In this document: positions 1-14,347 of the stretch, in pieces
Position numbering within the stretch: position 1 is the stretch's first letter
How the letters are laid out: the number at the start of each line of letters is the position of its first letter
Origin: Adineta vaga
Taxonomy: Eukaryota > Animalia > Rotifera
Assembly (NCBI GenBank): GCA_021613535.1
Contig: CP075497.1
Location: forward strand, 8,060,001-8,124,000
Direction of reading: 5' to 3'
Length of the DNA stretch: 64,000 nt
The notes under the pieces: generated by a model
What the model was told of the DNA's origin: nothing
The model's database searches: none
Seen by the model: the letters and a program-made list of their open reading frames with translations, nothing else
Program-made: the position numbers and the translations under genes

Positions 1-3000
1 GGCACAAACTAATACAAATTCAGGATTGTACTAAAAGTATTCAAAGAATTATTTTCTTAAAATATCAAAAATAAATTCTTGATTTACTTCATAAGCAACT
101 GGTAAAATAACATGATGAAAAGCATTTATATAATCTGCATCAACAGCTGGTGGATCCTATCGGAAAAAACATTTCTCAATGAACAGTTTTCTTTTTCAAT
201 AATATCTCAACTTACAAAATTCAACCATCCAATATTAATATTGAATCCCAATCCTTTGTCTTTACCGCTATCATTTGGATGACCTTCATTGGGTGGAAAA
301 GCATCAGCACAATGTAATGAAATATAAAGCACTCTGAAGAAAATACTAAAATCAAGTTGGCTCGATTAAAATAACAATCTTACCCTGGATCTTCATAAAA
401 AACATCCTAAAGATAAAATTAAATATTCATCATCAAAATCATCAATGATGAGATACTACAATTCTGTACGAAAAATAGCGCTCGTTCTGAACAGATGAGA
501 CAACTCATATGGTTGAAAGGACGAATTACGTTTTCCTACATCTCTGCTTTCGAAATTTGCTATAGTCTTAATGTGAATGAAATGCAAAACAAAATGTTTA
601 CCTTCACTCCATCACCCATATGATAATCAAAGTCAACAATTAAAATTCTGTAAAGAAAAGCGATGTTAAAAATAAAATTTAAACGAAATATTCGTACCGA
701 CGAAGATTATAATTTTTTTGTAAATATCTTGCACAAATTGCAACATTATTAAAATAACAAAAACCATAATCCATGCCTGAATGTGCATGATGGCCAGGTG
801 GACGAATAATAGCAAAACCATTTCGTCCCTAAATATACAAATTAACTTTAAAAACAAACAAAATCAATTGAAATATACTATACTTGATCATTCATTATTG
901 CATCCACCATATTTAAACAAGAACCAGCAGCAAGAAGAGCATTATCAAACACATCCTAATCAATTGAATAACAGGATATTTTCAAAAAGAATAAAAGATA
1001 AGAATATGTGTTAATTACATTTGTGTATTCAACAGAACGTAGTATTCCTTCTCGACTTTGTAATTGTTTTCTAGTTGCTGTTTTCGTCGTTTCCAGATCA
1101 TCATAAAAATCTTTACCATGAACAAGTATTACTTCTTCTCTAGTTGCCATACGACTAGGAATCATTGTACAACGTTTATCAAGACCACGACTTTTCAAAC
1201 CTTTCCATATGGCTACAATTCGACCAGGTCGTTCACAATGATTACTAAAAATAGCATTACAAAAGAAAATATTTCTCCAATTCAATACCTGTTAAAAAAT
1301 TTTTTTTTAATTACCTCACAGTAAATTTTCGCATTAATTCATCATAAACAAGAAGTGTTGCTCTAAAGATTACAAGAGAATATTCCATACAATTCGATTG
1401 GATTTCCAATTTACCCTCTTTCTAATGGTTTTACGTGTGGTGCTATTTCTAATGCACGTTTTATATTTTTCTCAATTTGTTTTGCCTGCTCTTCCGTTCG
1501 TTGTATGACAAGTGTTGGAGTTAAATCGTATTTTGGTGGCCGATTATCATTATTAGCTAATGGATTTAATGCTCTAAAACACATTGCGTTTATTAACGAA
1601 GTGAAATTGAAGAAAAACGCGATTAAACGAACTGTTTTCGTTTTGCTTCTTTGATCCAAACTTCACTTTCTTCCGTTAAATCAACTTTTAATGATTGCCA
1701 ATAATCTTTTAATACATGTTTACAACATGCCACCGTTTTCTTCACACTTTACAGGAAAAAAGAAAACAAATTTCAATTAAAGAAATAACTTGTATTGATA
1801 TTTCATACATCGGATCAGGATTTGTACATGCTTGCAATGGAGAACATGGATCACCAAGTAATGATCGTAATGTCCATGTTGCACTTTCGGCTAATGTATC
1901 AAGACAATAGCCACCCTAATACAAAGAAATCTTGAACATTTTAATCTTTAAATAAAAATCTTACTTCGAGAAGCACCATTACTCTCCCATTAGCTAAACC
2001 TTTCAAATAATGTGTTAAATGAGCGAATATATCCGGTGTAATTTTCATTTCTCCCTACAATTCATCGAATATATTTACTCTTGATCTTGATAATCAAAAT
2101 TATTATATTACCTCAGGACAACCTAATGCTACATCATAGCCAGCGGAAACGAGCACCAAATCAGGATCATACTAATCGAAAACAAAAACGCATATCCATT
2201 CACATATCTTTTTTCAATCAATATTATTTTTGTTACTTCATAAGCAATTGGAAGAATAATATTGAAAAAGATGTATAAATAATCAGCATTTTTCAATCCA
2301 GTCTAATTATTCATTTATTGTATCTCTTTTATATGAAATCAAAATATCTTTTACTTTATTTAATGGTATATTCACATTATATCCTCGTCCATCTCCATTT
2401 CCAATATGATCAAAATCTGATTCAGCCAATTGTGGCCAAAATTCTCCGTATTCATATCGATGAGTTGATATATATAAAACTCTAATAATCAAACTCTATC
2501 TTTCTTATTTAGAATCTTTTCTTTTTCTTACTTATTTGTATCATAAAAAGCATATTGTGTACCTTGACCATGATGTACATCCCAATCAAGAATTAATACT
2601 CTATGAAAAGAACGACTGTTCTATGTGCATTTTTGCAATGTATTCATACCTTTGTGAATTATATTTTTCAATAGCAGTTTTAGCAGTTATAACAATATTA
2701 TTAAATAAACAAAAGCCATTCATTTCATTCTTCATTGCATGATGACCAGGTGGACGAACAAGAGCAAAACCATTACGACACTTTAAATCAAATACAACGA
2801 ATGATTTACCAAGAGAAAGACATCGTATGTCAAATAATTAAGTTACCTGATTTGTCATTATACTTTCTAATAGATTAAGTGAACCACCAATAGCTAATTT
2901 AGCTGCTTCAAATGAATACTAAAGATTATCGAAATAAAAAACGTAATGTTTTCTCCGAAATGATCTACTTCATTCATATAAACATCTTCATATGTTTGAC

Positions 3001-3325
3001 AGAATTCTTTCAATTGTTCAATATTTTGAACTGGTGCTTTAGATAGTTTCTTTAATAAATCTTTATTATGGTACAATAAAATATCTTCATCAGTAGCTTT
3101 AGTTGACTAAATGAAAAATGAAGATATTGAGTAAAATTCTTCTTCGATTATCCTACAAACCTTCACAAAAAGACAACGATCAAATAAATTCAATTCACGA
3201 CAACGATCAAGAATGGATGATAAACGACGAGGATTTTCATGATGTTCTTTTGACCATGGACACTCATGTTTAAGCATGAGGTCATCATAAGTATATCCAG
3301 TAATTGCGGCAGATTGTGCAGCCAT
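1..3325 (-). CDS. HDAC6: Class IIb histone deacetylase with two catalytic domains (HDAC6-like); multi-exon, 3' end runs off the window
   Basis: Spliced translation gives CD1 ([39 protein letters not shown]) and CD2 ([49 protein letters not shown] at the window edge). Confidence 0.88.
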
Positions 3326-4268
3326 TCAATAAAAAATATTAATAATCTACAAAAAAGAAATATGTCATGTATGAAACTTTCTGTATTTGTTTTAATTACA
3401 GTGTATAAATAAGAACTTCATGATATTTGTGAAGCACTTTTTTTCAATCAAAATATTCGCTAGAAAACGACAAAATAATAGTAGATTTAGTTTAGAAAAA
3501 ATATGGAAGAAAGAAAGAATGTGAACGAAAAGGATTACATTGGCTATTTTCTTTTACCATGGCACACTTTCAGATCATAGATGGCGCTCGATGTTTATAC
3601 TAATTGAAGTATAAAGAATTGTGGAAACCCGTCTATTTTAGCATACAACACAAGGAATTCACTAACGTATTCCATTTCGATATCCCCTGCGATAGAGTTG
3701 ATGTTGATACAAGACTATCGTTTTCTATTTATTAAAATTTCGAGACACTATCTCATCTCTATATGTAATTTACATCGTAATGAAGATTAGTAGTACTATA
3801 AAGACGAAAATTAGCAATTATGATTCTAGTTATTTCGCCAAAATTGAATACAATATGAGAAATTCACAAATAATGTACAGAAAAAGTTACAATCCGAAAA
3901 CGAAAATCTTTCACATCTTTTGCATGTTAAAAAAGCAGACTTTACAAAATGTGAATGATATTTACATGTATAACAATTTTACAGAGTATATATGCCTATA
4001 TTGGGAAAATTCAGGACAATTCAATTTGTTTCGTATAGCGAACATAAAATGTTATCAGAATTAGAACGATAGATGGAGTATGAAAATGTTTCAATCCCTA
4101 TTAGTGTACTAACGAACCAAATATATTTCATTAAATTTTATCTTTTATCTTTTCGAAAAATGGGGCAAAAAATAAAGACTGGATTGATAGGTCTAAAAAT
4201 AGAATAGAAGAGATTGAATTTCTTTTGTTTGACTTTATCTCGTGAGATCAAAAATAAACTGTAGAAAT

Positions 4269-5834
4269 ATGACTGATTCAACGTCAAAATCTCGTGTCGA
4301 TGTGCTTATGATCGGTTCTGGAGAATATACAACAGGTTATGTTCATGGTTCAGCAAGCAAATCCGACAAGAGTAAAGGAGGTAAATACAAGAACTCAAAA
4401 TTAAACTACATCTTCAAATAATAACTCGCTTGAATTGTTTAGTTGTAGCATTGACATTGATTGATCTTCGTCGTCGTGGTAAAACTGATCGTTTAGGTAT
4501 TTGTGGAACGAATGGAAAAAAATTTCCCGAAATTCGAAAATATATGCAACAAGCAATTGGTGATGCTTATAAAGAAATGGATTTAACCATGGATTGGTGG
4601 TACGTATATATCTTTTCAGTTAATTTTCATGATCGTTTTCAAGAAGAGAAATTTTTGTTAATTATAGGCCTGGTGATGATACAGTTGATAGTCAAGCATA
4701 TATTCAAGCTCTTGATACATTTAAACCGGGTGATGCTTGTGTGATCTTTACACCTGATGATACACATTACGATATGGCTTTAGAAGCAATCCGACGTGGT
4801 ATACATGTTATGATTACAAAACCTGCAGTGAAAACATTAGCAGAACATCGAAAATTGTATGAAGAAGCAAAGAAGAATAATGTTCTTGTAACCATCGAAG
4901 GTTTATATATACAGTGCATTTTTCTTGTCTTTATATTCATTTTGTTTCAATTATTTAGTTCATAAACGTTTTGATCCAATGTATTCCGACGCTCGAGATC
5001 GTATTCGAGAAAGTCTTGGTGATTTTTCATATTTCTATTCATTTATGTCTCAACCTAAATTTCAATTAGATACATTTCGATCATGTAAATTGAAATTTCT
5101 TATATCAAACTTCAAAAATTGATGTTTTTATTCTAGGGGCAGGAATATCGTCTGATATATCCTACTATCTCAATAGTCATCATATTGATTTTCATATGTG
5201 GTCATTGTACAGTCGAGCTCGTCCAATGCGTGTTACTGCGATGGGTTCTACAGGTGTAGCTAAATCACAATTCAATATCGATACAGAAGACATTATAACT
5301 CTTACTGTCCAATGGATAAATTTATCATCGCAAACAATTGGTACAGCTGTTTATACATCGTCATGGATAAGTGCAAAATCGGATACACATACACAACAGA
5401 AATTTTTCTATGTTGGTCATCATGGAGAAGTAAATATTGATCAAGCACATCGTGGATATACACTTGCATCGGATACGAATGGATATTTGAGTATTAATCC
5501 ATTATATATGAAATTAGTTCCAACTGATGGTAAGTGAATTTATATTTGATCAATTAGTTTATTTTGATTTCTAAATGAAGGTTATTTTGCGGGACAACTT
5601 GGTTATGGTTATCGAAGTTTTGAAGCTTTTATTGATGCTGTTGCAGATTTAAATGCGAAGAAAATTGAAATGGATACATGTGATATGAAATTACCAACTA
5701 TTGGAACAACATTACAAGAAACAGCAATATTAGAAGCAGGTCGTATTAGTTTGGATAATCACTCTGTAATGGTAGAAATCATCTATGAGAATGACACATC
5801 ATTCATTCCAATTGAATTAAAACTTCTTAAATGA
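4269..5834 (+). CDS. Gfo/Idh/MocA-family NAD(P)-dependent oxidoreductase resembling fungal D-galacturonate reductase GaaA; 6 exons
   Basis: [97 protein letters not shown]; five GT-AG introns; stop TGA 5832-5834. Confidence 0.82.
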
Positions 5835-7467
5835 TTATTGACGCAATATTTATTAATTTTAGAATCTAGTGATTGATTAAATTATTTAACAATATATTTA
5901 TCTAAAGATTTTATTTATTGAATAAAAAGTTATCGGTATATATGAATAATAGAAAAATTTTCCGCTATTATCAATATAATAGTTTGGAAAAACGCTTATA
6001 ATAAATCTTGAGGATGTGGATGTGGGTGTGTGTGTCGGTGAAACAACGACATAAATGACGCCACGTGAAGGAACAGATTATACTACTTGAGATGCAAATG
6101 AACGTGATCGTATAGAGTTAATTTGTATATCTGATTAGAAAACAAAACATTTCTTGATATACTAGAATGTATTTGCACGTCTCTACTCGATCAGAAAACA
6201 TTCTGGGTATTTCGAACTAACAAAAAATATGTTTATAACTGCCTTTAGACCAATTTGTTTGACTTCAACTGTAATTTGCTGCTTGACTTCTTTTCCTTCA
6301 GTTTCATCAAATTTGTTGAACACGATATCCTCATTTAGATCCATCTTATGTAATGACGTCACCATACTTGAATTTTCTTTTACTGGCAGCTGTTGCAGCA
6401 AGTTTTTGATCAAGAAGAGTATTGATCGTAGTTGATTCCAACAGACCAATGTTATTTCGTTCTAATGACATAAGTGAAGTGAATCGACTTAATTCTAGTT
6501 GAAATTTCATCGCTTCTTTTTCATTTCTCCATTAAAAGTATAAAATGTTGAACGTCCTCTTGCTAAGTTCCAGCATATTTCTATCATTAAAAGTAATACT
6601 TAATATTCAATATGACTACTATGGAAAATTTGAGTTTCGTAGTACCCTTTCATTCTGAACTTTGATCAATACAGAACGTTCGAAAAGGGTGGCACGAAAC
6701 GTAGATTACTCTGCTCAAAACAGTTCCGACAGAAAATATATACATTTCATATGAAAGTATTATTAGAAAACTAAATATATTAGCTAAAGTAGTGTTATTT
6801 ATCGAGCAATACTTTTAATTAAAAATTTGTATGTACGAAGCGGTTATTTATACAAACTTCGAGGATTTTTCCAAATATCCGAAACAAAACCTGTGAATCT
6901 TTAATCTAAGAACACACTGAATATTTGAAATTCTTTCTACCTTTTGTCAACGGTTTTGATAAGACACATTGTGAATGAATTATCTTGATACAATCATTCG
7001 TCTTCAATAGTTCAAATGAAATAAGATAAGGAAGGTGAGTTTACTGTATTATAAACAAAAATATCTTTTTAGAAAAGAAAAAACGTGTTAAAATATATTT
7101 CATTTCTGTTACATCATCTCGTCTCGTAATTTATATCTTCAATTATAAATCGAATTACATTTTCAAAATCGTATGCGTAGGTCATCCTTGTAATACTTGC
7201 ACCTTCTCCGTACGATTCTTTATTACCGTCGAGTGTGTCACTACACAAAAGTAATCTAGCTAAACAAAATAAGATTGATTTATAATCTGCTTATTATAAT
7301 AAAGATTGAATCAAGTGAAAGTAGGTATTGAAGATCGAGAAGTTCGGTTTTACTTCAGTTCATTTAAATGAACTTTGAGTTTGACCTTGTCAATCCTTGA
7401 TATTAATCTTATATGCATTTTTATATCTTCATGCAATATTTTCGGCGCTACCTTTGTTGTAATAAAA

Positions 7468-8678
7468 TTAGTATCGTGGTTGATTCGTATCGTAATTAGT
7501 CACTGGAGTAATTCTACGATGTCTGATAATTCGAAATTGTTCCATAAATTCGTCACGAAATAATTTCGATGTTAAACAGTTCAGATAAAAATTAATCTAA
7601 AATATCAAGAGTACAAAATGTTATTTTATAATAAAATAATAAATTTACTGCATAATTTAAACTTAAAATCCAGTTTAAAATAGCAACTGTATCGATGATT
7701 GTAAGATTAAGTGACTGTATAGTTATGCGCGATGGTATAATAATTCGATAAAGTGATACTGGTAAAGTTGTTGCAAGAAAAATCATAATACGACAAATTA
7801 CAAGAATAAATATTTGTTTTTGTAAATTTCTTGTTTTCATATTTATACGTTGTGTTTGATTGAAAACTATCTGTCGACGACTATGTATATTCATAATCGT
7901 ATCGAAAAGTAGAATCAACATGAATATTACTGGAACTATACAATATATAAATGCCTACAATAAGAATCATACATAGATTTTGTCTTTAATATGCAACATT
8001 TTCATCATTTCAATTAACTTACTTGTACCATAGTCCACTGAGAGAAATACCATGTTATATATCCGATATTTGTAAATATATTTGGACCACATGATGCACT
8101 AGCTAAACCTGGAATTAAAATTCCGTATGAAGAAGTTAACATATGCGAGTGAAGGCCAATATCAATAATAAAAATAAAGCATACAACATATAGAGCATTT
8201 TTTGGTGTGCATAAAGTTATCGATTTGTATGGAAATCGTGTACGTATCCAACGATCTATTGAAATAAAGACAAGTAGCCAAGCTGAATTCAATTGAGTAA
8301 CATATGATGTAAACGATCGAAAACGACAAAGTTCATCGTATGCAACGTTCCTATAAAGTTGAATCTAGATGAAAAAAGAAATTGATATTAGTTTTAATTA
8401 TTTAAACGAAAAGAAAACCTTACTTTTAAACCATATTCAACAAAATCAATGATTAATATTAGTAAATAGATTGTATCTGATATCGCTAAGATAATAAAGA
8501 GACATCCAGTTGATATATTTCTTAATGTAACTCGTGAAAATGTTAATAAACTAGCGATATTACCAATAAAACCAAATGGAAATAGAATTAAATAACCCCA
8601 AAAATAAATTTCATTAACAATGGGTGAATTTTTAAATAAATTAAACAATATATCATTCAAATTAGTTATATTACTCAT
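7468..8678 (-). CDS. Rhodopsin-like (class A) peptide-type GPCR; 4 exons
   Basis: TM1 GFIGN, TM2 LAISD, TM3 SAWLLVFISIDRW, TM7 NYA|INFYLNCL followed by helix 8 SKLFRDEF; ORF-track pieces join via GT-AG introns. Confidence 0.88.
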
Positions 8679-9603
8679 TCTCTTTTCTACAATGTTCAAC
8701 AACTGATGAACTCGACAAAATCTGAACAACATATATATGTGATGTAGCTATATAAGTGCAATTAAAAAGCTAAATAAAACTTAATCTTAATCACTTTATA
8801 ATGGAGAAATTTTTCGATTAATAAAAGTTCATTAATGTGATTGATGACATCAATGAATTTTCTTTTAATACAAATAGTGTAAGTATAAAAAATAATTTGA
8901 CATATTAAGAACATAATTGAAGTAGTTCAAAAGTAAGAGATCCAATTGGATTTTATCCTACTTAACAACAAAGAGTGTCTCTTCGGAGATTTCACTTGGC
9001 TTTTACCCAAACATAAAGATCAATACCTGTAATACTACAGAAAAGTTGGTATTTCCCCATGATTCTCTTTTCACTATATAACATAGACGTTGTTTGCTTA
9101 TATTTTCATTCAAAACAAACTATACAAAAGAATGTGTAGAACAGAATTGATGATGTTTTTTTTTTATTTTGAAAAGTATCGTCATACTTTCATATTCAGC
9201 TGTTACTTCTTTTATTCAATATTTTTCCAACTATACACTTCAAGTGGATGAAGTCAGACGTAGAAAAAAAATCACGTTAGGCAAGAACAAAAAAAATTTA
9301 ACTTTCGCATAGATAAGGTAACTTCGAATAATCATGAAACTTTTTTTTGAATGTCGTTCGTAATATGATCGAAATTAGGTTCATATATTTTTTCGTAATA
9401 TCTTTAGCGCCATCGTCTGTAGTATACACGTGACTTATTGGGAAAAAACATTCTTTTCTTCCTTTCAAAACAAATACGATGGAAAAAACCATTATAAGCA
9501 TGTTTTTTTTCTGACAGTGTTGATGTATATATATATATACTTTTCTTTACTTTATTCCAATACTGTTTGTATTGATTAGATTAAAAGTTTCTTATCTATC
9601 TTA

Positions 9604-10133
9604 ATGAGTATCGCAGAAAAACTTATTCGACGTGATCTTGAGAAACTCAAAACTGATCTAGAAAATTCATCAATTATCTTTGTGGATTTAATCGATGATA
9701 ATCTTCTTCATCTTGAGGCAGCTATTCAAGGTCCAATGTCAACACCATATGAAAATGGAGTTTTTTTGATTGACATTAAACTCACTGAACAATTTCCAGT
9801 AAGTTGAAGAACATTTGAATCTTTTTCAATAAATACTTTATCATGCAATCATTACAGTTTTCTTCCCCTCAATCGATTATATTTAAACGAGCTACAATGC
9901 ATCCAAATGTGACTGAAAATGGTACATTTCTGTCGGATTTATTGACAAAAGCAAAATGGGTACCAACATGGAGTATAAAGGATATTTTGGAGCATGTTTG
10001 GGCACGTTTAGCATTTCCAGATATTGACTCCACTGAATGTGATTCAAAGCGAGCTGAACTGTACAGAACTGATCAAGAACATTTCAATGCCCAAGCACGT
10101 CAATATTCTATTGAATATGCACAAGCAATCTGA
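9604..10133 (+). CDS. Ubiquitin-conjugating (E2/UBC)-fold protein lacking the catalytic cysteine; 2 exons
   Basis: IQGPMSTPYENGVF, FP|FSSP, HPNVTENGTFLSDLL, W-x-P-x-W-SI, ARQYSIEYA; Leu (CTG 9930-9932) at the position of the E2 Cys. Confidence 0.85.
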
Positions 10134-11753
10134 TAAATAAAACTATCTACATAGACATTTTCCAGTATTTCGTGTTTTATACGATTAAATCGACTTCATT
10201 CTTCAGCTTTGTTTTCCATTTGAATAAAATGTTAAATGTTGACCCATACGAAGTTTTCGTAATAAAATGTCAAAGAAATTCTTTGCAATCAGTCTTCTAA
10301 AGTTTTCAAAAGATTCTATTTTCGTCCAATGAAATAACATTCGATAGAAGAGATATGCCCTTCTAATCTTTTTTTTAACTTGCGCAGTAATAGCAAGTAT
10401 GGTATTTGGGTGTATCTGTTATTTCAATTATGTGAACTGTCGAACATATTTTCATCTATCTCGCAAACAAAATCTGTTTTGCAAAAAAATAACTTATCGA
10501 AATTCTTTCCTTACATAGTCACGATGTTAATCGCATTTATTTCAAGACAAACCAGTGGAAATTCTCCACATTTTCTAGATTTTCATAATATCTGTGTTCA
10601 TCATGTATCTCTTTCGTGTTTCTGAAAGTAAAGAATTTCATTATGAAATTGAAGTCATGTCACATGTAACTATGGCAAAACATTCGATAAAGTTCATTCA
10701 TTGCTTTTTTTCTCGTTATTGAACATGCATTTCTTTGTTCATCAACATTCTGTCATATAGTGCCATCTTTTATTACAAAATCATATTGATATTCGATTAG
10801 AAAGGTAAAATTGTCGTTGTTTTTTTTCGTTCGTTCTTTCAACAGATAAATTCAATCTTATCCATATAAAAAAATCAAAATGCCAATCGTATATAATACA
10901 CAGATCTGTCTGCCTGACTCTCGATCGGTCGATAAATGTGTGAATGGATGACGATATTTTCGAAGAGAAGAAAAGAAAAGAAAAGAGAAAAGAAAAAAAG
11001 AATCAAATCACACATAATAACAGCGAATAAGAAAAATATACTAATCGATTGTTCGATTTGTTTTTATTTAGAAATTTATTAGTTACAGCATAAAAAGATT
11101 GTTTTAAAAACTAAACTTTGATTTTATTCTAAACAAAAATAATTATTCACGTATTCACACAATGCCGTGGAAAAAATACATTCCATATGGCAATTTTATG
11201 CATAGCCACACGTTCTTTTTAATGTGCGCGGCATGACTTTGAGAAAATAAATTCACTCTCTCTCTCGCTTCTGATCAGCTAAGATGACTATATGCTCTGT
11301 TTTTGTACGTATTTTCGCCTCCATATCTTTCTCTCTCTATTTTCATTTCTTGTTATCATCATCGTCCATAAGAATCAGCAGCAATTATTTATATCTACTT
11401 GTATTATTCTTTTCTATCGTTTACTAGTTACAAGTAAGCACTTTCTCTCAGTACTTCTGCAATACATATCGTTAGAACAAATACTTATTTTTGTACCATT
11501 ACTTTCGAATGACTAGACAGACGATGTAAAGAGAAGAGAAGAGACGATGAAGAAGACGAAGAAGTCGAAAGAAAAGAAAGTAGGTGTGCTTAGATTGATT
11601 GCTGAAGTCATTATAGAAATGAAAAAAATTGTTTGGGTACGTTGGCAACCACGCAACCCACTTACGTTTTGTACACGTCAATTGTTCTTTACGTCTTTAG
11701 GCGTTTTTATTACTCATACACTATCGAATACATTTCATTTACTTTTCTAGATA

Positions 11754-14347
11754 ATGCAACAATCATCAACAACAACAACAACGATGAAGTTCGTTATAAT
11801 AAAAACTTTTTTGTTGAATCTATTCAAGAGATTTTCTTTAGAACTATCCAAGTTAAAGAAGTACCATTACCGGAAAGAAGACGAAGAAAATTTACATTAT
11901 GTTCGTTACCTGTACGTCTTACTTTGGAAATTTTATTAGTTCTATTAGTATTCATACCAGCAATCATTTTTCTATTAAAATGGCCTGATGCGAAAAATTT
12001 CATCCGTGGAACAGTTCTTTCGGTAAGTTTAAATTTATAATTTAATAAAAAACAACGAAAAGAATAAATGAAATGAAATAGAAAACACGTTTGGCACCGT
12101 CATCTTATGGCTTTGAAGCTTGGTTGAATCCACCCATTACAAACATACGTGCTTATCGTTTATTCGATATTACAAATTATATGGATATCATGACTAAAAG
12201 TAATAATCCTACGGTTGAATTTCAAGAAACAAAACCAATGCATTATCGGTAAGATTTTTCTTGGCATATTAATAAAACTAATCGTTATTTTAATTCATAG
12301 AACTGTTGTAAAAAAGAATAATGTAGAATGGTTAGATGATAATAAGAATATTCATTATTCCGTTGAACGTTTATTTACACGTGAAGGAGAATTTAATGAA
12401 ACAATTGTAAATCAAGAAGGAGCTTTTCTTGATATTCTTCGTGTGGTAGGTGAATGAATGAAAAAGAATTCTTTTATCAAACAGAAATATCTTTTCTAGA
12501 TGTTCCGAACCAAATTCGGTCGTGTTGCTGATCCTGTTTTTTATATTCTTGGTGGAAATAATGCTTTTAATCATTCAAAAGCTATCGATAAATTAGAAGG
12601 TTATATTTCACCAATCTTTGCAGCTATTTCCTCAAGAATGCAAGGACCAAACCGTGATAAATATGGATTTATCTACCGAGTAAATAAACTTTGCAAATTC
12701 AAAAAACAAATTGAAATTTTTAATTTTAGTATAATGGAAGTAATGGATTTAATTTTACAATTGATACTGGTATTGATCAATCAACAAAGAAAGGTCAAGT
12801 GGTTGATTTTGCATCTGAATAGTAAGAAATGATAAAAGGATAACAATGTTTCAATCGAATGAGTTTGATTTTCTTTGTAGTACACCATTTCAAACAAGAG
12901 CAAGTGAATGGAAAACAGATTTTTTTGGTTTGTATCTTTTTTTGAAAAGATAAATTTCAAGATTTCCGTTTCTTTTTCTTTGAATAGATGGTTTAACTTT
13001 TCCACCACTTGGTGATCCGCCAACTCGAAAAGTAGTCAATGTATTTCAACCAGATTTTTGTCGGTAAGAAAATGAATGATGCAAAACGAGAATTAAAAAT
13101 TCAAGAATTTTTCTTATTCAGACCAGTACAACTTCGTTATAATCGAACTGTATCAATGTTTGGTTTTAATCGAGTACATGAATATGTACTTAAATTAGTT
13201 GATTATGAAACGTGCCCACAAATGGATGAAACTTGTTTAGAAGCTGATAAACTTGATATTACCAAATGTTTATCTTGTAAGTTAAACTTTATCTTTTCCT
13301 TTGAAAATATACGGTAGTCAAATCTCTCACTTATATAAGCGTTAAATTGTTCATTTTTATGATTTGTATGACAACTAACGATTGAGATAAAACAGATTTT
13401 TCGATTTACTTTGTAACTACACGATCACAAAAATGTCTTGTCATACGTCTGCGTTCTTTCAACTAGCTTATCACATGATAGTCATGGAGATCGTATCTTT
13501 GTAATGAAAATTTTATTTTTCTTCTAGCTGAAATTCCACCTGAAACTGTATTCTTAACTAAACCACACATGTATGGTCATAATTCCTCAGCAACAAATGT
13601 TGCCTTTACACCTGATTTTGATAAACATGAATCAACTATTTATTTTGAACCACTTTCTGGCACACCAATTCAAGCTCAATTACGTATTCAATTGAATGCT
13701 AATGCTTGGATCGATCGTATCAAAGTCGAGGACGATGGTACAACAACGTAAGATTTAAAAAAGAAAAACATAATCAAAATATATATGTTTTAGTCCAACA
13801 AAAACTCGTGCTGTTCGCCGTTTTATTCCAATGATGTGGGTTGATCAAGTAATGAGAAATTTTACAATCATTTTGAATTTCTCCTTGATTATTTTAGACA
13901 ATTACCTTAAATGATGCGACATTAAATCAATTAAAACTTGTTAGTGGTATTCTTCAAAAAGGTCACAATGCACATCAATCTTTGAAATTAGTTTATATTC
14001 TTGTGGCTTTATTTTCAACTCTTGCTATCATTGCTGTCGTTGAATTATTCTTATGGCATCGACAAGTAAGAATACATGAAAATAAAAATAAAACACACAG
14101 TTCAGTTTAAATAAGAGAATATGTATTCTATCATCATCTAGGATCGTAAATTAAAATTCGAAAAAGAACAATGTTTGTTTCATTCTATTGCTTCTTAATT
14201 GACATATTCTAGTTTTTGTTTGATTAAATTAATTGATTTCATTTCATTTTTTAGCGGAGAATGAGTCGAAGATCTTCGTACCTTTACAACGAACAGGAGA
14301 AAGCGTTGTTGAATCACACAATGACAACATCGCCAACGACAGCATAA
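11754..14347 (+). CDS. CD36/scavenger receptor class B family (LIMP-2/SCARB-like); multi-exon
   Basis: N-terminal TM, WLNPP..RAYRLFDITN, YGFIYRYNGS, DTG, FLTKPHMY, PDFDKHESTIYFEPLSGTPIQAQLRIQLN, FIPMMWVD, C-terminal TM and EQEKALL tail. Confidence 0.88.

Noticed and set aside
6000-6460. Minus-strand 88-aa ORF and adjacent exon-like pieces
   Set aside because: No recognisable motif, credible start or continuous spliced frame; at most a gene relic.
13310-13497. Enlarged CD36-like intron with ATACG...CGTAT ends, possible MITE (similar weak case at ~31693-31822)
   Set aside because: The inverted match is only about 5 bp, with no clear target-site duplication and no second copy in the window.
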